Shown here: piece after piece, positions 13,491-26,569 of the stretch | Position numbering within the stretch: position 1 is the first letter of the stretch | Layout of the letters: each line of letters opens with the position of its first letter | NCBI RefSeq assembly: GCF_030028105.1 | Contig: NC_092382.1 | Location: forward strand, 28,809,792-28,873,791 | Length of the DNA stretch: 64,000 bases | From: Mobula birostris | Lineage: Eukaryota | Direction of reading: 5' to 3' | The notes under the pieces: generated by a model | Told to the model about the DNA's origin: nothing | Databases searched by the model: none | The model's input: only the letters and a program-made list of their open reading frames with translations | Position numbers and translations under genes: made by a program

Positions 13491-13829
13491 CATTACTATT
13501 CTGCCATCATCCATGCTAGTGTCCCTTTGCAATCAACTTTGGTGAGCTCTTCTCCCATGCCTTCGTAGTTCCCCTCACTCCACTAATAATGATGCATCTT
13601 CTTGTACCTTTCCCCTCTCAAAGTGCAGAGTGAATTCTAACATGTTATGATCACCAAGTCCACGTTTCCTTTACCATAAGCTTCGTAATCAAACCTGGTT
13701 CATTACACAACACCCAATCCAAAATTAACTTTTCCCTAATGGGCACAATTACAAGCTGTTCAAAAAGGCATCTCATTGGTATTTTCCAAATTTCCTCTCT
13801 TGAGATCAAACACCAACCTGATTTTCATA

Positions 13830-14350
13830 ATCAACCTCCACCCATCCCACTCATGGACTGTTTGTCCCACTCCCATCTGGGTAGACTACGCAGCATCCTC
13901 ACCAGGACTACCAGCCTCTGGGACAGCTACTTTCCCCAAGCAGTAAGGCTGATAAATATCTCTACCCAACTTACCCACCCTTCCACACCACCAAACACCT
14001 CGACTTTATCATTTCCTGTCTGTCATCTTATATGCAGGCATACTTTTATTTATTATTTTATCATTTATTATTATATTGTAATTTGTCCTCTACTGTGCCT
14101 ATTTTCTTGTTTATTATTTATTGTACTGCCCTGCACTGTTTTGTGCACCTCATGCAGTCCTGTGTAGGTCTGTAGTCAAGTGTAGTTTTTGTGTTATTTT
14201 ACGTAGTCTAGTGTAGCTTTGCGTTGTGTCACTTAGCCTAGTGTAGTTTTGTGTTGTTTCATGTAGCACCATGGTCCTGGAGGTATGTTGTTTTTACTGT
14301 GCACAGCAGTTTATGATCGAAATCACAATAAAAAGTGACTTGACTTGACT
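13830..14350 (+). mobile_element. Rex1/Babar-like LINE extreme 3' end
   Basis: RLRSILTRTTSLWDSYFPQAVRLIN; AATAAA and (ACTTG)n tail. Confidence 0.7.
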
Positions 14351-14699
14351 ATACCGAGCGTCACTTTATGGACATACAATCAATCCGTGCACAGTTTACA
14401 AGCTGTGGATATATGTTTTTACTATTGTGTTTTTGTGCTGCATTGAAGCCGGAGTAATAATTATTTTGATCCCATTCATATTTGTCTGCTGGAAATGGAA
14501 TTAAACTACCTTGAATCTTGAATAAACATTTCAGCAGTCTGCAGCGTCACATTTCTGTCTCTCAGTGTTACTGCGGCAGAGCGTCACCCGGTGACAATGG
14601 AGTCCACAAATCAGGGGCTCCTGTTATTGTGGCAAATCACCACCAAGTGGCAGTGTTGTCCACAAGAGGGAGAGGTTTGCAGCGATATGGAGGGGTGTA

Positions 14700-15465
14700 G
14701 GGGGCTGGAAGCCAACTCTGCAAGTGGATGAAGTGCCAGACCTGCCCCAAACCACCCTCCCCACCACCAGTCAGGGCCCCAAACAGTCCTTCCACATGAG
14801 GCAACTTTTCAACATCATCACTGTTGGGGTCATCTCCTGTTTCCAGTTTTCCAGGTGTGGCCTCCTCGACATTAGTGAGACCCGATGTAGTCTCTGCATT
14901 CTGCACTCTGTCCCAATGGGATTCTGCAGATATTGGAGATGCAAAGTCACATACACAAAATGTTGGAGGAAGTCAGGAGGTCAGGTAGCTTCTACAGAGG
15001 GGGATAAATCAAAACAGAGATTTCCTGCTGAGACCCTTCATCAGGACTGGAAGTGGGGAGAAGCCGGAATAAGATGGTGCAGGGAGTGGAAAGAGTCCAA
15101 GCTGGTAGATAATAGGTGAAGTCAGGTAAGAGTGAAGGTGAGTGGGTGGGGGAGGTGGGAGATGAAGTGAGACGCTGTGAGGTGGAAGCTGGAAAATGCA
15201 AAGGGCTGAAAAGAAGGAATCTGATAGGATCAGAGAGCGGACCATGGGGAGAAAAGGAAGTAAAAGCGGAACCAGAGGGAGACGATCCGCAGTGAAGAGA
15301 GAAGTTGGGAGACAGAATGGAGGAGACGGGCGTGTAGATTGATGAAAGGAAAAGGTGGAGGTGGAAGTTAAAGATATCGATGTTCATGCCATCGAGTTGT
15401 AAACTACCCAGATGTAGTATGTGTTGTTGCTCCTTTAACCTGAGAGTGGACTCATCGTGTTAGTG
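14700..15465. mobile_element. Penelope-like element relic with internal inversion
   Basis: Plus strand 14770-14890 GPKQSFHMRQ..VGVISC..SRCGLLDISETR (GIY-YIG remnant). Minus strand 15465-14920 RLKEQ..HLGSLQLDGMNIDIFNF plus a 3' end with a CTGATGA..GAAA motif. Confidence 0.75.
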
Positions 15466-15579
15466 AAACCGGAAGGGAGAGTGGATTAATAACTTTCCCC
15501 TGCGATCCCTATTAAATCGATCCTCTCTCACCTTAAAGTGGTGCCCACTGGTTGTTGGTTCCACAAAAGTGGGGAAAAA

Positions 15580-17880
15580 GGGAAAAAAAACCATCGAAAA
15601 CCTACATCACAATACAGGCACTTTGGCCCACAAAGTTGTGCCGAGCATGTCCCTACCTAAGAAATTACTAGGCTTACAAATAGCTCTCTATTTTTCTAAG
15701 ATCCATGTACCTATCCAAAGGTCTCTTAAAATACCATATCGTGTCTGCTTCCACCACCGTTGCCGGCAGCACATTCCACACACTCACCAATCTTTGCGTT
15801 AAAAAAAAACTTACCCCTGACATCTCCTCTGTACCTACTCCCCAGCACCTTAAACCTGTGCCCTCTTGTAGCAGCCATTTCAGCCCTGGGAAAAAAACCT
15901 CTGACTATCCACACGATCAATACCTCTCATCAACTTATACACCTCTATCAGGTCACCTCTCATCCTCCGTCGCTCCAAGGAGAAAAGGCCGAGTTCACTC
16001 ATCTGCTCATGTTCCCCATTTCTGTACCCTCAGGGTTTGGGACACCTGCATCATGTCAGCCTCAATCTCCTGCACTTCAAGGTGTGAAGTCCCAACCTGC
16101 CCAGCCTCTCTCCAGAACTCAGTCCCTCGAGTACCGGCAACATTCTCATAAATCTCCTCCGCACTTATTCCTGCTTGATGTCCTCTCTCCTACAGCAGAA
16201 TGACCAAAACTGGATACAATAATCCAGGCACGGATACCGTAACAATACCCTAACCCTAATGCAACCTCACTAGCCTCTTCTTCAGAACATGAGCCACGAG
16301 ATATGAGACAGAGGCTGCTCAGCCAATCGAGTCTGTTCCACCATTCCTTTGTGTCCAATTGATTATCTCTCTCAACCCCATTCTCCTGCCTTCTCCCCTT
16401 AATCCGTGAACATCCATTGAAAACACACTCAGTGACTTGGCCTCTGCTCCATCTGTGGCAATGAATTCCAAAGATTTACCACTCCCTGACTACAGAAATT
16501 CCTCCTCATCTCTGCTGTCAGTGGATGCTCTATACATTGAGGCCGTGGCCTCTGGTCCCAGACCCACACAGCGTAGGGTGCATCTTCTTCATAGCCACTC
16601 TGTCCAGGCCTTTCAATATTTGATAGGTTTCAATGAGATCCCCTCTCTTTCTTCTGGACCAGTGAGTACAGGGTCAAAGCCGTCTAACGCTCCTCATACG
16701 TTAACCCTGTCATTCCTGGAATCATTCTTGTGAACCTTCTCCGGACGCGCTCCAATACGAGCACATCTTTTTCTCAGATAAGGGGTCGGAAACTGGTCAC
16801 AATACACCAACAGCAATCTGACCGATGTGTTATAAAGCTACAGTGTCACATCCTTGCTCTTATATGCGAACATTACAGCTGTCATCCTTAATCAACTCAA
16901 TCTGCAAGCAAACCTTCAGGGGCTCCTGCTCACCGACTCCCAAGTACCTATTTCTGATTTTTGTACTTTCTCCCATTTATTTTTTTTCTCTCTGTCTTTA
17001 TTCTTTCTACCAATTGTACATGACCGTACACTTGCATACACTGTATTTCATCTGCTACTTCATTGTCTGTTCTCCAAACCTATCAAAGTCCTTCTGCAGA
17101 CTCCGGCTCTGCTCTAAACTACCTGTCCCGTACCTATCTTTGTATCAACTGCAAAGTTCATCACCCAGGTATCAATTCTGTCATCCATATCATTCAGATT
17201 TAATATGAAAACATGGGGTCTCAATACTGACCCCTATGGAACACCATTAGTTAGCAACAGCAAAACAGAATTCTCCACATTATTCTGACTCTTTCTCCCT
17301 TGTCAGTCAGCCGATCCAATCTTCGACCCATACAAGTATCTTTCCTGTAATTCCATGAGCTGTGATCTTGTTAAGCAGCCTCACATTTATTCCACATCTG
17401 ACTTGAGCTTCTCCTTCTCTAATGTCAGGGTGAATTTGATCATATTTAGTCACTTGCCCCTAAGGGTTCTTTGAACGTAAGTGACCTAATTAATTCCAGT
17501 TCATTACAACACCCAATCCAGAATAGCTGATCCCCAAGTGGGCTCAACCACGAGCTGCTCTAAAAAAGCATCTTGTAGGCATTCTAGGAATTCCTCCTCT
17601 TGAGAACAACACACTTAATTTTCCTTATCACCTGCATGACAATCCTCCATGACTATTGTAACATTGCCCTTTTGGCACGCATTTTTAATCTCCCATTGTC
17701 ATTTGTGGACCACATACTTACAACTGATTGGAGGTCTCTATACAATTCCCATCAGGGATCTTTGTTTTCACATTTGCTGTTCCTTAATTCTACCCACAGA
17801 TTCTACACCTTCCAACCCAATGCCACCTCTTTCTAATGATTTTAATTAATATTTTACCAACAGAGCCACACAACCCCACT
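15580..17880 (-). mobile_element. Mosaic of decayed CR1 fragments
   Basis: CR1 3' ends and ORF2 remnants on the minus strand. Confidence 0.65.
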
Positions 17881-18439
17881 ATTAGATTGTTCTTTCAACA
17901 AACATACAAGTATCTGGGAAACAAGAGGACCTGCAGATGCTAGGAATCTAGAGAACTACACACAAAGTGCTGGAGGAGCTCAGCATGTCAGGCAGCATCT
18001 ATGGATGGGAATCAACATTTCGGGCCAAGACCCTTCATCGGGACTCTTGATACCCACCTATCTGGAATATCAACAAGCAAAGAAAATAAAAAGTAGTGTG
18101 AAATAGGGAAAACCTTTGTCAAAATTTAGTTCAAGGCTTAAAAAAAACCTGCCAAACAGAGATCAATTGTTAACAAATACAACAAAGGCAATAAACACTT
18201 TCATCAATACCGACATTGACTTTTTTTTTAAAATAAAAATATCTTGGTCCCATTTCAATCAGCAAAATTTACAAAGATAACTAAGAACTGAAATGATAAC
18301 TTTAGAAAAGGCTATTTACACTCAAACCCACTTAGATTGGACAGAATGAGGAAGAGAAATAACACACATGAAAAAGAAATCACACAACAGTCAGATACAA
18401 CTTGAAAGTAAATATTTTCATCAAAAATGAACACAATTC

Positions 18440-19090
18440 AGCACTCCAGGTGTGTATATGCAATTGTGATAAGTAATACAGACCAGAAACTTAAATGAGA
18501 GGCCAACTCAGAAAAATGAATAATCACTATGGAAGAAAACATTAACCAGTGGAATGAGTACGACCCTCCATGGGAGACATCCCAACGATCTGAGCAGATG
18601 AGATGTTGACAAGGAAGCATCGAGCACCTGACTGAGAGTTGGAGACCTCTTCCCAGAAACAGAGGGGTTCCTTGCAGAAATACGGGACAAGGTGGGTAAC
18701 AAAAGGAAACAAACAAATGAAAATATATGAAATACAAACCAACAATGCAGCAAGTGCAGAAAATGCCAAGAGAAACCAGACACCATCCAACACATTCCAG
18801 GATCCTGCAGCAGTTTAACTCAATCTGATTACTTACACAGGTACAATCAAGTGGCAAATATCATTCACCAAAATCTTACTTCAAAATATAATCTCATGAA
18901 TGACCACCATAATTTCATTGAGGCACCATAGATTCACGCCTGATTCAGTTTCAGAGTCAAAATCTTACAAATTATATAATAATCACTACATTACTACTAA
19001 CAGGACAATCAATAACCATCCAGATATAATATTACAGGATAAACAAGCAGGAACAACTCCCTCAATAGATAAAACCATTCCAAACACACA
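18440..19090 (+). mobile_element. R4/Dong-like (RLE-clade) non-LTR retrotransposon C-terminal fragment
   Basis: LHGRH..GDLFPETEGFL, knuckle CRKCQEKPDTIQHIPGSC, HRYNQVA, NHPDII..IDKTIP (PD-D/E nuclease). Confidence 0.75.
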
Positions 19091-19984
19091 TGTTCCTCGA
19101 CCAGTGGAGCACCTCACCACAGGCATTGTTTGTATCATCAGTCAGACAATGGAAAGATTTTCTCTGTCAATCAGCTTCCAAATGTTGCCACTCTGTCATT
19201 CGTTGCCACATCCCGCTGCTGATTCCCTTCTCCTCATCATACATTCTTATACCGACCATCGTCCAGAGCCCCAAACTCTGCCCTGTGCGGACCAACCTCT
19301 GGTTTCTGACCCTGAGTCCATTGAACATCCAACTAATGGTTTCCCATTCTGCTTTCAGTCTTTAGAGGAGAGTAGTGTTTTCAACAACACTGTAGAAGCA
19401 GCGAAAATGGCCCATAATGTGGAAATGAGCCCTGAATAAGGAGATTAACTCCCAATGTCATTCTTTCTCAGTCCAGAGATTTGAGGGGTGAAGAACATCT
19501 CAGACAGAACTGCAGTCAGCTCAACTTCTTCAGTCTGCAGAAAATTCAAGGGAAACCTCTTCACCCACACAGTGGTGACTGGGGCCCATCCCACAGGGAG
19601 AGTGAGAGATGAACAACAGGGGAGGATTCAAAAGGGCTGTCGTGGAACTGAATCACTGGCTGGGTCCAGCAGGCCTGAGTACACTGGTTGTGTTATAAAC
19701 ACGCTAAGTACCAAAGACAGAGTTTAAAATAGAACTGATTAATTTGTCACAGATGCAGAATGTTAAACTCCAGTCCCATTAAAGGTGAATATGTAGCAGA
19801 AGAAACTCCTCCCATGCCCAGTGACCAGGGTGCAGACTGGGTGTGGTGAGCAGCAGCAATAATTGCAGAGTTCAGCACCGACAGTCACTCTCGAAATTGC
19901 ATTCAGCAACAGTGATGGACAAATATCCAGCATGCAGCTTATTGAAACTTTCTCCCCAGTGTGAACCTGGCAGTATGTCACAAG

Positions 19985-20438
19985 TGTAACATGCTGTAAG
20001 GTTTCACTGCTAATGTAATGGCCTCTCTGCAATGGTTCACTGCTGAGGTAGTGGTTTCTCTGTAGCAGTAACATTTAGGTTATGACTAGAGATAACAGGG
20101 TTTTGGAGTACGGGGCTATCCAATGGGAGAAATGTTCTTTCTTGAGAGTCTGGAAGAGAGATTTTCATGGTCTTTTGCCAAGGAGGGATCAGAAGACGTG
20201 AATGGAGAGAGTGGGCCCTTTTTCTTTATTTTGTTTTCTTTACTAACCCTGTAGTCAAAATAAGAATTATAATTCTCAATTATTTAATCACATATTGTGT
20301 ACTGCTTGTTATTTTGGGGTACTGATTTGTAACAGGGGACACATCGTGCAGCATCCACCCAAACGAGATTTCTTAAGATTGGCCGGGCCGGGAGCTATCG
20401 ACCCCCACATTAAACTGCTAGTCGAAGTGAGAGTTACA
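19985..20438. mobile_element. Solo-LTR-like insertion (454 bp) in a decayed zinc finger of ZF-B
   Basis: Inverted termini TGTAAC...GTTACA. Absent from the paralogous site in ZF-C (~46722-46740, TGTCACAAGGTTAAATG). No clean 4-6-bp TSD is visible. Confidence 0.7.
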
Positions 20439-20742
20439 AGGTTAGATGACTGAGTGAATCGCTTCCCACATTCACAGCGGTTGAACGGGTTTCCCCAGTG
20501 TGAACTCAATGATGCAAACCTGATTGATTTGGCTGAGAGATTCTCTTCCCAAAGTCCGAGCAGGAGATCTGCCTCTCCCCAGTGTGAACACACTGATGTC
20601 TCTGCAGTTGAGATGACCGAGTGAATCCCTTCCCACAGTCTGAGCAGGTGAACGGCCTCTACCCAGTGTGAGCTTGCTGGTATCTCTGTAGTTGAGATGA
20701 CCGAGTGAATCCCTTCCCACAACCAAAGCAGGTGAACAGCCT

Positions 20743-22188
20743 CTACCCAGTGTGAGCTTGCTGGTGTCTCTGTAGGTGGATTAACTGAGTGAATCCTTTC
20801 CCACACTCTGAGCAGGTGAATGGTCTTTCCCCAGTGTGAACTCGCTGATGTACCTTAAGTTGAGATGACGAAGTGAATCCTTTCCCACAGTCTGAGCAGG
20901 TGAACGGCCTCTCACCAGTGTGAACTGACTGGTGTCTCAGTAACTGAGATGATGAAGTGAATCCCTTCCCACAGTCTGAGCAGGTGAAAGGCCTCTCCCC
21001 AGTGTGAACTCGCTGATGTACCTTTAGTTGTGATGACAGAATGAATCCCTTCCCACACACTGAGCAGGAGAACGGCCACTCTCCAGTGTGAACTGACTGG
21101 TGTCTCAGTAACTGAGATGACGAAGTGAATCCCTTCCCACAATCTGAGCAGGTGAATGGCCTCTCTCCATTGTAAACTCTCTGATGCGCCTTCAAATTCG
21201 ATGACAAAGTAAATCCCTTCCCACAGTCTGAGCAGGTGAACGGCCTCTCCCCAGTGTGAACTCGCTGATGTACCTTCAGTTGAGATGATGTAGTGAATCC
21301 CTTCCCACATTCCGAGCAGGTGAACGGCCTCTCCTTTGTGTGAACTCGCTGGTGAGCCATTAGGTCAGATGACCAAGTGAATCCCTTCCCACAGTCTGAG
21401 CAGGTGAACGGCCTCTCCCCAGTGTGAACTCGCTGGTGAGCCATTAGGGGGGATGACTGAGTGAATCCCTTCCCACAGTCTGTGCAGGTGAATGGCCACT
21501 CTCCAGTGTGAACTGACTGGTGTCTCAGTAGGTGAGATGCCTGAGTGAATCCCTTCCCACAGTTTGAGCAGGTGAATGGCCTCTCTCCAGTGTGAACTTG
21601 CTGATGTACCTTCAGTTGAGATGACTGAGTGAATTCCTTCCCACACACTGAACAAGTGAACGGCCTCTCCCCAGTGTGAACTCGCTGATGTACCTTCAGT
21701 TGAGATGACGAAGTGAATCCCTTCCCACAGTCTGAGCAGGTGAACGGCCTCTCCCCGGTGTGAACTCGCTGGTGAGCCATTAGGTTAGATGACCGAGTGA
21801 ATCCCTTCCCACAGTCTGTGCAGGTGTACGGCCTCTCTCCAGTGTGAACTCGCTGATGTACCTTCAGTTGAGATGACGAAGTGAATCCTTTCCCACAGTC
21901 CGAGCAGGTGAACTGCCGCTCCCCGGTGTGAACTCGCTGGTGTGCCATTAGGTCAGATGACAGAGTGAATCCCTTCCCACAGTCTAAGCAGGTGAATGGC
22001 CTCTCTCCTGTGTAAAATGACGAGCGTGCCAGTCGGTCAGATGACCAAGTGAATCCCTCCCCACAGTCTGAGCAGGAAGGATAGTTGATTGAATCCCTTG
22101 CTCCACTTCTTAAATTTCTGGACAGAGACAGCAAAACCAGCGTATTGTGTTCGAGGTTCCCATAGACAAATTCCTTGTCATTTTTAAC
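20743..22188 (-). CDS. Tandem C2H2 zinc-finger protein (ZF-B) main exon, ~14 intact plus 2 degenerate fingers
   Basis: ORF is open from the phase-0 acceptor TTTTTACAG (AG 22190-22189): [10 protein letters not shown]...[15 protein letters not shown], then fingers with TGERPF linkers. It ends at a GAG>TAG in a linker, and decayed fingers continue to ~19950. Confidence 0.9.
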   Translation of the reverse strand, partial: VKNDKEFVYGNLEHNTLVLLSLSRNLRSGARDSINYPSCSDCGEGFTWSSDRLARSSFYTGERPFTCLDCGKGFTLSSDLMAHQRVHTGERQFTCSDCGKGFTSSSQLKVHQRVHTGERPYTCTDCGKGFTRSSNLMAHQRVHTGERPFTCSDCGKGFTSSSQLKVHQRVHTGERPFTCSVCGKEFTQSSQLKVHQQVHTGERPFTCSNCGKGFTQASHLLRHQSVHTGEWPFTCTDCGKGFTQSSPLMAHQRVHTGERPFTCSDCGKGFTWSSDLMAHQRVHTKERPFTCSECGKGFTTSSQLKVHQRVHTGERPFTCSDCGKGFTLSSNLKAHQRVYNGERPFTCSDCGKGFTSSSQLLRHQSVHTGEWPFSCSVCGKGFILSSQLKVHQRVHTGERPFTCSDCGKGFTSSSQLLRHQSVHTGERPFTCSDCGKGFTSSSQLKVHQRVHTGERPFTCSECGKGFTQLIHLQRHQQAHTG

Positions 22189-22519
22189 CTGTAAAAAGAT
22201 TTACAAAATCCATCAATGGGTGAAGGACAACATTTCAGATGAGATCACGAGTTGTCACGGTTGGTCTGGCATCACTCTGTTTCAGCGAAATTCAACCCTA
22301 GTTGGAGACAGAAGTCATCTTCTAACTGGGCACAGTGCTGGTATCTGGAATGACCATCAAATTCTCTGATGCTCTTCCTGTCTCTATGAGAATGGGGCAT
22401 TTCTGTCATCTCCAATCTGTGACCTGGCTCAGTTTGACTCTCTCCATTGGTATTATTCCCTGTTCCCATTGAATTCCATGGGTTCCTGGCCCCACAGTAA
22501 CTGAAACACGAATAGCCGG

Positions 22520-25380
22520 CAGTGCATTCCACCATTCTCTGTGTGAAAAACCTACCCCTGTCATCCGCTCGTTATCTATTTACAAGCACCTTAAAACTAT
22601 GTCCCCTCGTGTTAGCCATTTAGCCCTGGGAATAAACCTCTGGCTATCCACACAATCAATGTCCCTCATCATCTTATACATCTAAGAAAGGCTCTAAACA
22701 TGAACAAGGAAATTATACACTGCTTTGAGGATTTGTTAGAAATATACAAAATTATGAGGGTATAGATAAGGTAAATGCTAGCAGCTTTTTCCACTGAGGC
22801 TGGGTGGGATGACAACCAGAGGTCATGGGTAAGTGGGGAAGGTGAAAATTTAACGGGAACATTTGGAAAAGCTCTTTACTGAAATGGTCGTGAGCGTGTG
22901 GAATAAGATGCCAGCACGTGGTGAATATGAGCTCGGTTTCACCATTTAAAGAAGTTTGGATGGGAGCCTTGATGGTTTGGGTATGGAGAGCGATGGTCCC
23001 AGTGCTGGTAGTTGCATTAGACAGATTAAATGATTTTTCGTCATTGACTAGATGGGCCAAATAGCCTGTTTCTGTACTGAACTTCTCCATGTTACTATGA
23101 CAGAGAAGCTGGCCAAACTTGGTTGGAAGGGAAAAGGTAGGAGAGAGAATGAAGCAGCAATGGCTGGAGTTTCTGGGAGCAATTCGGGAGCTGAGTGATC
23201 GATACATCCCAAAGAAGTGGAAGCATTGGAAACGCAGGAGGACACAACTGTGGATGAAATGAGAAGCCAAAGCCAACATAAAAGCCAAAGAGAGGGCAAA
23301 CAGAAGAGCAAAAACTATTGGGAAGCTTTCAGAAACCAACAGAAGACAACAAAAAAAAAGTCGGATGAGCTTGGGGGTGGAATTATGATATTGTAGTCAT
23401 TAATGAGTCTTGGTAGCACCCAACAGTCTGAGGCATTTGGAGGAACAAAATATCCCGGGCCTCAATATCTCTTGAAAACCGAGGTTCCCTGCACCAGTTA
23501 CCTTTCAACTTTTATTTTGGCAGGCACATACAAACTCTACACCCTCAGAATTTCACTTCTGAAGGCCTCCCACTTACCAAGTACTCCTTTGTCAGAAAAC
23601 GCCTGTCCCAAACCACACTTGCCAGATCCTGTCTGATACCATCAAGATTGACCTTTCTCCAATTTAGAATCTCAACCCGCGGTCCAGACCTATCTTTTCC
23701 CATATTTACTTTGAATCTTATGGCATTATGATCACTAATTTCTGTCACCAGCCCTGGATCATCAGCTCATTGCACACTTCTACGTCAGGAATTCTACGTA
23801 CTGATTAAGGGCACATTTGACAAACTCTACCCCATCTAGTCCTTTTACAGTATGGAGGTCCCAGTCAATATATGGAAAGTTAAAATCACTCACTGAATCA
23901 ATCTTTGTTTCTTGGCATGGTCTGCGATCTCTCTACAAATTTGTTCCTCTAAATCCCTCAGACTGTTGGTTGCAACCAATTCCCAATAATGGCTACAATA
24001 TCACAATTCCCTGTCCTGAGCTCATCTGGCTTTCCTATGATGCTTCTTGCATTGTGATATACACAGCTCAGCACATTCATCGCACCATGCTCAACCATTT
24101 GATTGCCGACTCTATCTGAGGTCTGAACAACATCTGACTGGTGTCAAGAGGACAAACTCTCCCTCATTGTCACAAAAACAAAGCTGATTGTGGATGACTG
24201 ATGGAATGGAGACAGGCTAACCGCTATTGACATCAATGGATCTGGGGTTGAGAGGGTGAACAGCTTTAATTTCCTCAGCATAAACATCACCAAGGATCTC
24301 ACATGGTCTGTTCATACCGGCTGTGTTGCGAAAAGAGCACAACAGCACCTCCTTCACCTCAGACGGTTGAAGAAGGCTGGGATGGTGCCCCAAATCCTAA
24401 GAACTTTCTACAGGAACAGAATTGAGAACATCCTGACTGGCTGCATCACTGCCTGGTAAGGAAACTGTACTTCCCTTAATCGCAGGAACCTGCAGAGAGT
24501 GGTGCAGACAGCCCAATGCATCTGTAGATGTGAACTTCCCACTATTCAGGACATTTACAGAGAAAGGTGTGCAAAAAGAGCCCAAAGGATATTGGGGACC
24601 CAATTCACAACCACAAATCACAACCATTGGATGTTCCTGCGGCTACCATCCAGGAAACGGTACCACAGCAAAAGGACCAACAGGCTCCGGGACATCATCT
24701 TCCACCAGGCCATCAGACTGATTAATTCATGCTGATACAATTGCATAACTATGTTATATTGACTGACCTATGTACAAATTATTTATTATAATTTACTATA
24801 AATTACACATTGCTGATTTAGCTGGAGACATAACATAAAGATTTCTACTCCTCATGTATATGAAGGATGTATGTAATAAAAGTCAATTCAATTCAATTCA
24901 CCCTCTCCACTATCTGTTCTGTCATTCTGGCTCCCATTCCCCCAACAACTTATTTTAACCACATCACCCCCTCCCCCCACACTAGCACTAGCAAGCCTTA
25001 CCACTGGGATATTAGTCCCCTCTTGTTCTGTTCCCCTAACAAACGAATCCCCTATCACCCCTTTGACTTTCCTCTGCCAGGTAAATCCCCCCAACAGTTT
25101 CTAAAGTGGATCCACCTGTTGTTGCGTGGGATGGCCACAAGAGTACTCTGCGATGGCTATTTAACCTCATTCCCCTTCCCGACTCTCACCAAGTTTCCTG
25201 TGTCCTGCACTTCAGGTGTAACTCACCTCTCTTCATGTCATATCTATCACCCCCTCCAGCTCCTGGATGATCCGGAATTCATCCGTTTCAAGTTCCAACT
25301 CCTTAAAGTGCAGGGTTACAAGCTGCAGCTGGATGCACATCTTGTAGGTGAGGGCATCAGGGACACTGGAGGTCTCCCCA
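22520..25380. mobile_element. CR1 fragments, including an ORF1 esterase remnant (VIGDSFVRGT, ~25050 -), interrupted by Rex1
   Basis: SDHNAIRF..ILNWRKVN (endonuclease end), GDS motif. Confidence 0.6.
24135..24900 (+). mobile_element. Rex1/Babar-like LINE 3' fragment
   Basis: FLSINITKDLTWS..AQQHLLHLRRLKK..FYRNRIENILTGCITAW; (ATTCA)n tail. Confidence 0.85.
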
Positions 25381-25399
25381 CCTTCCCACCAATGTCCTC

Positions 25400-25800
25400 C
25401 CTAATTTGCAATGACCAGTGTGCACATAAATCTTGTATTGTGCTTTTTTTTACCCAGTGTGCACAGTGAATTTTATATAGAGTGGTATTCATTTTAACAG
25501 CTATCAAATCATTGTCAATAAGAACTTTGATTTCCTCTGGGTTTGATCGAGTCCCATCTGCATTCTCACACAACCTATGTAACAGGCCTGTAACGGGTAA
25601 TGAAGGATTTTCTCACCAGAGCTTTTGCACATTGTCCATATTTGGTTTGCTTGCTGAATTACGCTTCAAAAAGTCAGATTTCCAAATATCACTCCACTTC
25701 TTCCCACTTGTAAATTCTCCAGCAACTTTTGCATGGCCACAATATACACAGGTAACACCAGTTTCTGTATTGTACATAAATATTTCCCCTGAACCCTCCT
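25400..25800 (-). mobile_element. hAT-like (ZNF862/C17orf113-type) transposase N-terminal fragment; paralogs at 60-447 and 48396-48480
   Basis: GEIFMYNTETGVTCVYC..AGEF..GKKW..W..DFLKR..ASK..MDNVQKLW resembles a TTF-type zinc finger. Family assignment is by recognition only. Confidence 0.45.
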
Positions 25801-26569
25801 GAGGAATTGAGGATATTAAAAAAATCATTTTGATCCTATGTAACCTCTGGCTGCAAGGATAACTGGGACTGTATAGGAATTTTTGAACAAGTAAACTCTG
25901 TCTTCTGCGGTTAGCTAAGACAGGCTCATTACTGGTTCTCTGCGGCTTGCAGAGAGATGCACTGAGAGCTGATAACATTATACCTTGCACCCTCTTTAGC
26001 TGATAATATTATACATTGTATCCTCATTTGAGTAAAGAGAGGAGGACTCGCCGATAAGGACAGGAATGAACATCTCTCTGTAATTAAATCAGGGCCTTGC
26101 AAAGGGAATACCTGATAAGGACTGGACAATTTATCAATCTGTAATTAAAACCTTGATTTAGTGAACTCTCTTATCTAAGTAATTAAGAATGCTGACCAAT
26201 TAAATTAGCCAACATGATTAAAACTAATAATAAGGATTGGCCTGACAATGACCAAAATCAAATGCAACAAGCTTTGACATATTATTGGGACCCGGTTTTC
26301 CAAACCATATCAACCCCAACAGGAACTAATATTAAAGGTGAACATCTTAATTAACGAGAGCTGTATAACTCATCTCCTTCTACCTTAGGCTACAAATTTA
26401 TCAATCACCCCTGCTGTGGACACTTTCTGGAGGTCCAAGATCCGTATGCAGCACGACCGCTGGACTAAGTGTGTAAATGTAGGACCGGGCTATGTTGAAA
26501 AATAAATATGTGAGGTTTTCTAAAATTGACTCCTCCTACCTTAGGCCAAGAACTTATCAATCACCCCTC

